A DNA stretch of 64,000 nt from Chiloscyllium plagiosum (lineage: Eukaryota). The stretch spans positions 2,583,285 to 2,647,284 of the forward strand of contig NC_057753.1 in NCBI RefSeq assembly GCF_004010195.1. The letters are read 5' to 3'. Position numbers and translations under genes: made by a program. Positions 11,293-22,879 of the stretch are shown one piece after another (the stretch's first letter is position 1; each line of letters begins with the position of its first letter). The notes under the pieces were generated by a model, which searched no databases, was not told the DNA's origin, and was given only the letters and a program-made list of their open reading frames with translations.

Positions 11293-14060
11293 TTACATTT
11301 GCCTCTCTCCAGTCCTCAGGTATGGCTCCAGTGGAGAGCGAGGATGCAAAGATCCTCGCAATTGCATTTCTCGTTTCCCAAAGCAGCTGAGGACAACTCT
11401 GGTCCGGGTCTGGCGACTTGTCAATCTTAATGTTTGACCAAGTTTTCAGCACATCAGCTTCCTCTTTCTCTATCCATTCCAGCATATACACCTGCTCTTC
11501 AAAGGTTTCATTCACTACAAAGTGCGTTTCTTTCGAAAAGACAAAGCAAAAAACTCATTTAGGGCTTCCCCTACCTCCTCAGACTCCACACACAAGTTCC
11601 CTATGCTATCTCTGATCGGCCCCACTCTTTCTTTGACCATTCTCTTATTCCTCACAAAATTGTAAAATGCCTTTGTGTTCTCCATAATCCGTTCTGCCAA
11701 GCCTTTCTAGTGCCCCCTCATGGCTCTCCTCAGACCATTTTTGAGCTCCTTCCTCGCCTGCCTGTAATCCTCTACAGCTGAGCTTGACCCTAGCTTCCTC
11801 CACCTTATGTAGACTACCTTCTTCCTTTTGACGGGAAGCTTCATCGTTCTCATCATCCAAGGTCCCTTTATTTTACCCCTTCTTGCCTGTCTCAGAGGGA
11901 CATGTTTATTCATCACTGCAACCACTGTTCCTTAAACAGTCTCCACATATTTATAGTGCCTTTACCAAGGAGCAATTGCTCCCACACCACGCTTCCTAAC
12001 TCATGTCTAATCGCATCATAGTTTCCTCTTCCCCAATTAAATATCCTCCCATTTTGCCTAATCTTCTCCTTCTCCATAGCTTTGTAGAATGTGAGGCAGT
12101 TGTGGTCACTATCACCAAAATGCTCTCCCACCACAAGATCTGATACCTGCCCCGGCTCGTTTCCGAGCACCAAGTCTAAAGTGGCCTCTCCCCTCGTCGG
12201 CCTGTCAACTACTGAGTTATGGACCCTTCTGAACACACCTTACAAAAACAGCTCCATTAAAATCTTCTTCTCGAAGGAGGTTCCAATCAATATTGGGAAA
12301 GTTAAAGTCACCCATTACAACAACCCTACTACGTCCACACTTTTCCAAAATCTGCCGACCAATGCTTTTTTCAATCTCCCTGCTGCTGCTCTTGGGGGGC
12401 CTGTAGTAAACCCCTAAAGAGGTGACTGCTCCCTTGCTGTTCCCTAATTTCCCCCCATACTGACTCGGTAGGCAGGTCTTCCTCGACAATGGGAGCTTCT
12501 GTAGCTGTGATACCCTCTCTGATTAGTAGCGCTATACCCCCTCCTCTTTTCCCCCCCCTCCCTATTCTTTTTAAATGTTCTAAACCCTGGAACATCCAGC
12601 AACCATTCCTGCCCTTGAGAAATCCATGTCTCTGTTATGGCCACAACATCATAGCACCAGGTACTGATCCATGCTTTACATTTGCCTCTCTCCAGTCCTC
12701 AGGTATGGCTCCAGTGGACAGCGAGGATGCAAAGATCTTCGCAAGTGGCGAAGCAATTGCATTTCTCGTTTCCCAAAGCAGCTGAGGACAACTCTGGTCC
12801 GGGTCTGGCGACTTGTCAATCTTAATGTTTGACAAAGTTTTCAGCACATCAGCTTCCTCTATCTCAATCCATTCCAGCATATACACCTGCTCTTCAAAGG
12901 TTTCGTTCACTACAAAGTGCGTTTCTTTCGAAAAGACAAAGCAAAAACTCATTTATGGCTTCCCCTACCTCCTCAGACTCCACACGCAAGTTCCCTATGC
13001 TATCTCTGATCGGTCCCACTCTTTCTTTGACCATTCTCTTATTCCTCACAAAATTGTAAAATGCCTTTGTGTTCTCCATAATCCGTTCTGCAAAGCCTTT
13101 CTAGTGTCCCCTCATGGCTCTCCTCAGACCATTTTTGAGCTCCTTCCTCGCCTGCCTGTAATCCTCTAAAACTGAGCTTGACCCTAGCTTCCTCCACCTT
13201 ATGTAAACTACCTTCTTCCTTTTGATGGGAAGCTTCATCGTTCTCATCATCCAAGGTCCCTTTATTTTACCCATTCTTGCCTGTCTCAGAGGGACATGTT
13301 TATTCATCACTGCAACCACTGTTCCTTAAACAGTCTTCACATATTTATAGTGTCTTTACCATGGAGCAATTGCTCCCACACCATGCTTCCTAACTCATGT
13401 CTAATCGCATCATAGTTTCCTCTTCCCCAATTAAATATCCTCCCATTTTGCCTAATCCTCTCCTTCTCCATAGCTTTGCAGAATGTGAGGCAGTTGTGGT
13501 CACTATCACCAAAATGCTCTCCCACCACAAGATCTGATACCTGCCCCGGCTCGTTTCCGAGCACCCAAGTCTAAAATGGCCTCTCCCCTCGTCGGCCTGT
13601 CAACTACTGAGTTATGAACCCTTCTGAACACACCTTACAAAAACAGCTCCATTCAAATCTTCTTCTCGAAGGAGGTTCCAATCAATATTGGGAAAGTTAA
13701 AGTCACCCATTACAACAACCCTACTACGTCCACACTTTTCCAAAATCTGCCGACCAATGCTTTTTTCAATTTTCCTGCTGCTGCTATTTGGGGGGGCCTG
13801 TAGTAAACCCCTAACGAGGTGACTGCTCCCTTGCTGTCCTTAATTTCCACCCATACTGACTCGGTAGGCAGATCTTCCTCGACAATGGAAGCTTCTGCAG
13901 CTGTGATACCCTTTCTGATTAGTAGTGCTACACCCCCTCCTCTTTCTCCCCCCTCCATATTCTTTTTAAATGCTCTAAACCCTGGAACATCCAGCAACCA
14001 TTCCTGCTATGATGGCCAAAACATCATAGCACCAGGTACTATTCCAGGTACTGCTCTAAG
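11293..14060. repeat. ~1.38-kb tandem duplication inside CR1 (copies 11293-12675 and 12676-~14060)
   Basis: Both copies start ttacatttgcctctctccagtcctcaggtatggctccagtgga. ORF-track peptides recur near-identically about 1.39 kb apart (11645/13039, 11707/13101). Confidence 0.9.
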
Positions 14061-14519
14061 TTCATCACTTTTATTCCTGATACTCCTTTGAGATAAATTG
14101 TCATCCTTGATCATCTTGGCAATGCAGGTACCAAAGTGCTGAACGGTCTACTCTTACTCAAATGGTCATATATTATTAATGCTGCAACAGAATTTATGTT
14201 TAATGATAATGTCCTCAATGACTTATGACAAGGACTTAGGTCACCGATCGTTCTGAAATAGTTGTTATTGACATTATTGGTTTTGTTAGGTTGAGATTAT
14301 ATCAGGTTAAATGTTCAAGTACCTCATAATAATTCCTACAGTCGTTGGTCAGTCATTAATATTTAGAACTGAGATGCCTCTTTGTTATTATTGTTACTTG
14401 AGGGCAGAGTGTTCAACATTTGCTTTCTCATTGCTACTGATGCCAATTTAGTTGGTCAAAATCACAAAGATATCAACAACTAGAAGAGTTTTCGAGATTG
14501 TCTATTAGGAAAGGAATAT

Positions 14520-15220
14520 ATAGTATATAGTACATAGTATATAGTACATAGAATATAAAACTGCATGGGACCACAGCCTTCGGCCCACGATGTTTGTGCC
14601 ATCGGTGATGCCATTCTAGCCTACTCCCTTCTGCCTGAACCTGATCTGTGCAACTCTATTTCTTGCCTGTGCTGGTCGAAATGCTTCTTAAACGTTGTTA
14701 TCCTATCTCTTTTCACTGGCTGCAATTCCGGGGATCTACAAGCCTCTGTGTTAACGAAAGCTCTTAAGTCTCATTTAAATGTTCCTTCTCTTACGTTCGA
14801 CCTATACCACCTGGGAGTAAGACTCCGACACCTATCCAAGCCCTAACAGGTTTAGATACTTCTATTAGGTTGCCATTCGCCTATAATATCATAGAGAAAA
14901 CCGTCTAAGTTTGCTCATCACCTTCTTACAGCTCAGACATTCCAAACCAGGTAACATATTCGTAAACATCTCTTATTCCCTTTTCAAAACCTCGGCATCC
15001 TTCTGATGTGCCAGAACTTCACACAATCCCCAAATTTGGCTGACTTAAACTCTTATAGATGTGCACTACGACTTACCATCATTTGTACTCATTGCCCCAA
15101 ACAATGAAGGTAAGCATGTAGTATGCCTTCTTTACCACTTTAGTCACTTATGTTGCGAATTGCAGGGACCTATGGAATTGCACCCCATGATCCCTCTGTC
15201 GATCATATCGTATAAAGATG
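14520..15220 (-). mobile_element. Degenerate CR1 3' fragment
   Basis: (tagtatatagtaca)-type tail, cagccttcggcccacgatg, and homology to the other minus-strand CR1 3' ends. Confidence 0.65.
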
Positions 15221-15407
15221 GCATTGTTAAAAATAAAACATTTTTAAATTGGGGGACGTGTCTGTGTTTGGAAATTCAAGATATGTATTGGCACTTATGA
15301 TCTGCTTACAAAATGCTGTAAATTTATTGCCATTATCCGAGAATACTGGGATTCCGACTTGTTATCATAATATGTAGAAGCACCTGAATGATATAATTTG
15401 AGGATAG

Positions 15408-16105
15408 TGTTACAACGCGGGGTAAACCCTCCTGCTTAATTTAAACCAACAACACAGAAAAAGATGTATCCCGTGCAGTAAACTGTGAAAATTTGAGAGG
15501 CCAGACCTATTTAAAGTAAAATTAATAACTTTATTCCTTAAAGTATAACAGACAGTAATTAACTCACAACTATTTACACCTCCTTCCTCGAACCTATCCC
15601 TTCTGTAATACCAGTCCAATAAAACCCCCAATTATGATTTAAATGAAATTTCAAAATTTTAAAACCAACCAGCAATCGAATCTTCTCTATATCTTTGTCG
15701 GTAGTTTGGTTCTCCAGGTCAGTGTTGGGAGTTTTCTCTTTGCAAACTCATTCTGTAGACAGGTACCCCTCAGAGAGTTCTGACGAGCTGTCGACAACTG
15801 TTAGTCTCGTGCCAGTTCTCCTCTCAACTGTTCAATTTTCCTCAGATTTATACCCCAAAGCATAGGATTATGTCATTGGCTTTTAAGATTGTCACTATAC
15901 TCAGTCCAAACTTGATTGGAATTTGCTATTATTCGGGCTATAATATACAATGATTTGCCTAATTCGAATCATTTGTCATTTCGAAGCAACTAGCTACCCC
16001 AGTGTCTGGAGCATGGGTTACATTGTGTCTTATTGAGAACACTTGGTGCTGTCACTTCTAGCTTTTACCCTCTTAAAGACAGAGTACACCCACATCTTCA
16101 GAAGA
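15408..16105 (-). mobile_element. Solo LTR (~700 bp) with 4-bp TSD ATAG
   Basis: Starts TGTTACA and ends ..cttcaGAAGA (decayed TAACA). ATAG at 15404-15407 and 16106-16109. AATAAA on the minus strand at ~15530. Homologous to 1-139. Confidence 0.75.
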
Positions 16106-16639
16106 ATAGGAAGGTATTTTCTGGTAGTTTCCTGTTTTGCATGAACGGACAAGACTGACAAGCTTCTGCAGTGATGAGCATATGCTACATTGTTGAAAAT
16201 ACTATTAACAGCTATACTTCATAACACCTAGAACACAATTGCGTATACTGACCGTATCTGAAGATTGTGAATCTTTATTATGTTTCATAAAAACACTTGA
16301 TTTCACACCAAACAATGGAATTGAAACAGCCAACTGCTTGATGTTCACAGGGAGGGGGTAATCAATATGTGCAGAAGTTGTGTTCATGCTTTCCCGAGTT
16401 AAATAAGGAGATCGATCAATTGGTTAGTAACTCGACAAATATATAAATGTATAGACAATTGGAAAAATAGAAACAGACATTAGATGTAAGTTCTTGAATT
16501 AATCTAATTTAATATTAATATCACCTGTTTGATGCAATACTTTAATGATCTATTCAGTTTGAAACTTGTTTAATAATTATGCTGATCAAGTGTTAATACC
16601 AGCAAATGTAAATTGGTGAAAACGTTTTAGACTTAATTT

Positions 16640-16945
16640 AGAGTCGTAGAGATGTATAGCATGGAAACAGATCCTTCGGTCCAATCTGTCCATGCCGACC
16701 AGATATCCTAACCCACTCTAGTCCCACATGCCAGCACCCGGCAAATATCCCTCCAAACCATTCCGATTTGTATACTCATCCATATGCCTCTTCAATGTTG
16801 CAATTGTACCAGCCACCACCACTTCCTCTGGCAGCTCATTCCATACCCATATCACCCTCTGTGTGAAAACGTTGCCCCTTAGGTCTCTTTTATATCTTTC
16901 CTCTCTCACCCTAAACCTATGCCGTCTAGTTCTGGACTCTTTCCA
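16640..16945 (-). mobile_element. CR1 3' fragment
   Basis: ORF 16718-16909 RDLRGNVFTQRVIWVWNELPEEVV, typical of the CR1 ORF2 C-terminus. Confidence 0.85.
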
Positions 16946-17394
16946 CTATTGCTAATTCTTCCTGAATTTTTAGTTGATCGTATGCTGTAAATATATTTTC
17001 AGAAGCTTGGACATAGTTTTGCTGATTAGTTCTGGCAACTTTTTTTCCTCATCAGCTTCCCTTCACTCATCTCTGCTGCACTCTTTATAAAATGTCAATC
17101 TCACACAGTTGCATTGTCAAGATGTTAACTGTTTTCTGAATTTAGCTTCCTCCATGAACTATAAGGATACGTTTCTGAAACCATACATGGATATATGCCT
17201 GGAACCATATATCCAATGATATTCATTCTGGATACTAGCATGAAGTCAGCTTCAAATCTGCCAATGAGAACAGAGCTGATAGAGAACATGTAAATAAGCT
17301 TTGATCACACAAACCAAGGATGGAGCCAATTAATTTCAGTTAACCAAGAATAAAATAAAGAGTTTTTATTAACTCATTTTTCATTCATCTGCAG

Positions 17395-18308
17395 CGAACT
17401 TAATGACTATTGTGATCTTGTCTGTTGGACGATGTGGTCTCTCAAGATGTATCACCCGATACTTGGTATGGATGGCTGTGACTGATCTTCTGGTTATTGT
17501 CACTGGAGTGATATTAAACCGTATCAGTGTAATTTATTTCCCAGTTCGTTTCCTATCTATGACGCCAGTTTGTAGCCTCAAAATTTATGCAACCTATGTA
17601 GCCAGAGATAGCTCAGTATGGTTAACAGTTGCTTTCTCTTTTGATCGATTTGTAGCCATTTGTTGTCAGAAGTTTAAAAGAAAATACTGCAGAGAATACA
17701 TGGCAGGTGTTGTTATAGGAACAGTCTGTACTCTGAGCTGTTTTAAAAACATTCCATGGTACTTTGTATACGAACCTTTGTATGTGATTAAAGGTGTCCC
17801 ATGGTACTGTAGCATTAAATCAACATTTTTTTCTGAACTCATTTGGGCAATGTTTGACTGGATCGATCGCCTGTTAAATCCCTTTATTCCATTCCTCCTG
17901 ATGCTAGCGTTCAATGCACTAACAGTCAGAAATATTCTTGCAACATTTCGCATCCGCAGACGACTCCGTAGCCAAAGTAATGGAGAGAAACAGAGTGATC
18001 CAGAGATGGAAAATCGGAAAAAGTCCATTATCCTATTGTTTACAATATCGAGCAGCTTTCTTTTATTGTGGATGACTTATCTTGTAAATTTTCTCTATGT
18101 CCGAATCACAGACACCTATCAGTTCTCAGGTTTCAATGATCCAAAGTTTATTCTCCAAGAAAGCGGAAACATGCTTCAGCTCCTGAGCTGCTGCACCAAC
18201 ACATGCATTTATGCAGCGACCCAGTCTAAATTCAGAGAACAATTCTTAAACATGTTAAAATATCCTTTGAATCTGATAATTAAAGCAGTAATACAAAGAA
18301 GACAATGA
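17395..18308 (+). CDS. GPR139/GPR142-like class A GPCR gene 1, coding exon 2 (end of TM1 through TM7; spliced protein 327 aa)
   Basis: Acceptor ttttcattcatctgCAG|CG AAC TTA ATG. Intact frame with TM2 MAVTDLL, TM3 Cys and FSFDRFVAIC, ECL2 WYC, TM5 NPFIPF, TM7 SCCTNTCIY and helix 8 SKFREQF. Stop TGA ends at 18308. Confidence 0.93.
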
Positions 18309-18430
18309 AGTAAGTTTCTGCAGAGTTGAGTGATATTTGATGGCTGATTCTGAACTGTTGTTTATCGCATGTCAGAACACTGGAACTCCACTGCAGACAC
18401 GTCCTTTACCCTGAACAGCAGTGCTATTGA

Positions 18431-18436
18431 AATAAA
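18431..18436 (+). terminator. Polyadenylation signal of GPCR gene 1
   Basis: AATAAA about 120 nt after the stop, followed by T-rich sequence. Confidence 0.55.
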
Positions 18437-19259
18437 AAACAACTTATTAACGTATTTCTATTCCCTTAAATTTTGATGCTAAATTACAAAATTTCGAGCC
18501 TTCTATTATTTATGATCATTTGTCCAAAAAATGCTTCTTGAACAGAAGGGATATGGTATCGACAACAGAAAATACATCGTGCGATATATTTAACTCTATT
18601 ACTGTTACTGGATCCACGTAAACAGATAATGAATATGATCAAATAGTATATCATGTCTCCAGCACTGCTCGGAAATGAATTTCCACCTCGACTTCACCTA
18701 ATTCCAACAACTTTTGTCGTTGCAAATCTTCCAAGAATTGATCTTATGATGACAGAACATTTGCTCAGAGCATCTCAAAGCATTTATCACAAAGAGAAGT
18801 AAATGATTTAGCACTTCATAACTTGACAGGGAGCAAATAGTCATCAAGCCTCAATACATGTCGTAGACCATAACTTTGTAATCTGTGCCTTTCAAGAACA
18901 ATCCAAATATATTCAATTAATGTAAGGTTTCTGTCTCTCCGAGCCTTTGGGCAGTACTATCGAGATGCTCATCCGTTTCTGCTTGTAAAAACCTGACATT
19001 AAAATCTTATGCAGCTTCTGCCTCTTCCTTCAATCTCTACCTCTGGTTTGGAGCCATGATTAAATAGACGTGTTAATTATCATGGGGATGTTGTGATTTT
19101 ATATTTGCGAATGTGGTCTCACCCCAATCTTAGTATGAGTCAGCCGTGCCAGTGCAAAATATGTATGTAGTTAGATAACCATTTCCATCATGGTAAGTTT
19201 TCGTTTGAATTACTTCATTGCGGGCTGAGCCATGTGGCTACATGATGAGCGGTCAGTTA

Positions 19260-22200
19260 GAGTCATAGTCATAGAGCCTTACAACATGGAGACTGGCCCT
19301 TTGGTGCAAACTGGTCCATGCCAATGAAAATGTCAATCCAGGTTAACCCCATTTATCTATGCTTCACCCATATCCTATGGAACATTTCCTGTCCATATAT
19401 TTATCCAAATGCCTTTTAAATACTAGTAATATATCCACCTCAACCAATTATGCTGGGAGCTCATTCCATATGAGTACCACCTTCTGTGCAAAACAATTGC
19501 ACCTCAGTTTCCCTTTTATTCTTTCTTCCCTAACCTTAAACTGATATTCTCTTGGACTCAATTATCCAACCCTGGGAAAAAGACAGAGTGCGTTGTCCCT
19601 GTCCATGCCTCTCATGACCTTGTACACTTTTATAAAATCTCGACCCCCACCCTATCAGTCTCTTATGCACTAAAGAAAAATATGCCAGCTTGCCAACTTC
19701 TCCCTGTAACACAGACCCTGGAGTCCTGACAACATCGTTGTAAAACTCTTCTGCACTCTTTCCAGTTTAATATCATTCTTCCTATAACAATGTGACCAAA
19801 ATTGAACACAATACTTCAAGTGCAGCCTCACCAATGTTGTGTAAAACTGCAACATAACGTTACAACTTCTATACTCAGTACCCTGATTGATTGAAGGCTG
19901 GTGTGCCAAAAGCATTCTTCACTGCCTTTTCTACCTGCCACTACACTTTCAGAGAACCATGGATCAAAACTCCAATGTCCCTCTGTTCCACTGCACTCAT
20001 TAAGGTCCTTCCATTCACCATGAAACCTTGATTTGACTTTTCAAAGTACATACTCCACACTTATCTATATTTAATTCCATTTACCATTGCTTCGCCCACT
20101 TCCCCATCTGATCAAGGTCCTGCTGCAATTTTCGATAACCTGCCTCACTGTCCAGGATACCGCCTATTTTAGTGTCATCAACAAACTTAATAATCATGCC
20201 CTGGACATTCTCATCCAAATCATTGATAGAGAAAACAAACAGTAATTTGCACAGCACTGACCCCTGAGGCACTCCTCTAGGCACAGGCCTCGAGTCCAAC
20301 AAGCATTCTTCCGCTATTACCCTCTGCTTCCTAACATCAAGACAATTGCGTATCCAATTTGCCAGCTCCCCCTGGATTCCATGCGATCTGACCATCCAGG
20401 GCACTTTTTCATGTGGAAAAGTATCAAAGACCTTGTTGAAATCCATATAGACTATGCCTACCGCTCTGATTGCAGCAATCTTCCTGGTCACTTTGTCAAA
20501 GAACTCTAACAAATTTGTTAAGCATGTCTCCCATGCACACAGCCATGTTGAGTATTCCTAATCAACAGCTGTCTTTCCGAACGAATGTAAATCTTATCTG
20601 TCAGAATGTTTCCAAACAGCTTACCAACCACAGATGTTAGGTTTACCCATCTATAGTTCCCAGGCTTTTCGTTGCAGCCCTTCTTGAATATTGGCACAAC
20701 ATTCACTATTCTCTGGTCTTCCAGGACATCACCCACAGCTAATGATAATGCAAAAAATATCAGCCAGGGCCGCCGCAATTTCTTGTCTAACCTCTTGCAG
20801 TGTTCTTGGATATATCTGATCGGGACCAGGAGATTTATTCAACTTCACCCATTCTAATACACCCAACACTTCCTCTACCAAGATATGGACAGTCCCCAAT
20901 ATATGACCACGAAGTTCTCCAAGTTCCTAAGTCTTTATGTCTGTCTCCACTGTAAACACAGCAATATTCATTGGAGATTTCACTGATCCACTGTAGTTCT
21001 ACGAATACATGTCCACTTTGGTCCTTGAGGGTTCCTATTCTCGCTATCCCCTATATATACCTCCAGGGATTCTCCTGATCAGTTACCTGTACCTGAGCCA
21101 TGTCTCCTTCATTTTTTTCCATTCAATGCCTTAGAGTCTCTTGTCATCCAGGGTTCCCTATTCCTATCAACCTTATCTTTTACTGTCACAGGAACATATA
21201 GACCTTGAACTCTAGCTATCCCACTTTTAAAAGCTTCTCAATTAACAGAGGTTCCTTTGCCTGCAAACAAACTACTCCAATCAACCCCTGCAAGTTCCTG
21301 TCTAATTCCAACAATATTTGCCTTGGCCCAGTGTAGAACTTGAACCTGTGGATCAGTTTTGTCCCTCTGCATAACTATTTTAAACTTAATAGAGCAGTCG
21401 TCCCAGGTGCTCCCCCACTGTCTCCTCTGTCATCTGTCCTGCCCTATTTCCCAAGAATAGGTAGGAGTTTTACCCCTCCCAGAGCAGGACTTGGTGCATG
21501 AAATATTCAAAAAACATTTCACTCCTGGTCATTGTGAGGGAGCTCCCATGGGGATAGGTTTGCATGTGGGTGTGCATGGGACTAGGGTTGTATGTGGGAG
21601 GGGGCGTGGGTGGGTGTGTGTTGGTTGGCGGCATGGATGTAGATATGAGGGTTTGTATGCGTCTTTATGTGGGCATGGATGTAGGTATGAGGGTATGTAT
21701 GTGTTCACACTGGTGCACACCTGGGCACATGGACACATTCCAACGTCCTGGACCCTGGCACATGATGCCAGTCACAGTCTATGTTAGAAAAATTAAAGTC
21801 TCCTATACGCCAAACCTATTGCTCCTGCAAGTCTCCCCAGTGTCCCGACATTTCTGTTCCTCTGATTCCCGTTAACTATATGGGGGCCTATAGTAAACCC
21901 CAATAAGGTCACCTTCTCCTTCTTATTTCTTAGCTCCACCCACAAAGTTTCACTGGATGATGCTCCAGTTGCTTCATCTTTGACTACTGCAGTGAGACAT
22001 ACCTTAATCAAAAGTGCTCCTCCCCTCTCCTCTATCCATCACCTCTGTCCCGCTAAAGCACCTGTACCCTGGCACATTAAGCTGCCAATCTTGTCCCTCC
22101 CTTAGCCATGTTGCTGTAATGGCTACAATATCCCAGTCCCACGTAGCTATCCACACCCTGAAATCACCGGCCATACCTGTCAGCCCTCTGGCGTGGAAAT

Positions 22201-22790
22201 AGATGCAATTTAATCCAACAGACATTCCTTGCTCTCTGTTGTGTTCCAGCCTGACCTATCTATTCACTTTAATATTTCTGATTAATGTATACTTTACCAG
22301 CCTCACACTTGCCTCCATGCTACTGAGGATCAATGTAATTTAAACCCTCCCTAGAAGCACTTGCAAACTTCACCGCCAAGATATTGGTCCCCCTCCAGTT
22401 CAGATGTAACCCATCCCTCTTGAATAGGTCACTTCTGCCCCAGAAAAGATCTAAATGACCTAAAACTCTGAATCCCTGCCCACCTGTACCAATTCTTTTG
22501 CCACGCATTCATCTGCCAGATCTTTCTGTACTTACCCTCACTAGCATGTGGCACTGGAAGTAATCCTGAAATTACCACTAACAAGGTCCTAGTCTTTAAA
22601 CTTTCATTCTAGCTCTCCGTGATCACTCTGCAGGACCTCTTCCCTATTTCTCACCATGTCCTTTGTGCCAACATGCACAATGAATTTTGACAGCCCACCC
22701 TTTCCCTTGAGAATTTCTGCAGCCGCTCCAAGACATCCCAGACCCTGGCACCAGCAGGCAACACTTCAGAGTGGATTCCCATTTGTGGAC
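19260..22790 (-). mobile_element. Long degenerate CR1 LINE (ORF1 esterase remnant + endonuclease + RT)
   Basis: FWGRSDLFKRDGLHLNWRGTNILA (CR1 ORF1 SGNH-like), YFHARGL..AITATWL (EN), [15 protein letters not shown] (RT), 3' tail at ~19260. Carries a GT-rich low-complexity insert at ~21530-21770. Confidence 0.9.
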
Positions 22791-22879
22791 ACTGAATAAA
22801 TAAAAGTGTCTGTGCAACAGCTCAGTACCTGAAGCATATTTGCAATTCCTCTGAGAATACACTTGGGGAGCTGAACCAT

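Larger units (their letters stand above)
9765..14090 (-). mobile_element. CR1 LINE (endonuclease + RT, antisense in the GPCR intron) with an internal ~1.38-kb tandem duplication and two nested Penelope insertions
   Basis: Minus-strand peptides AITETW, YYRPP, GDFNFP, SDHNC (APE endonuclease) and NYRPLSL, RSCLTNL, YMDFSKAFD (RT). The (ctatgtt)-type tail is at ~9765-9785. Confidence 0.95.

Noticed and set aside
17666..18028. 120-aa minus-strand ORF overlapping the GPCR
   Set aside because: Antisense shadow of the GPCR coding exon; no independent motifs.
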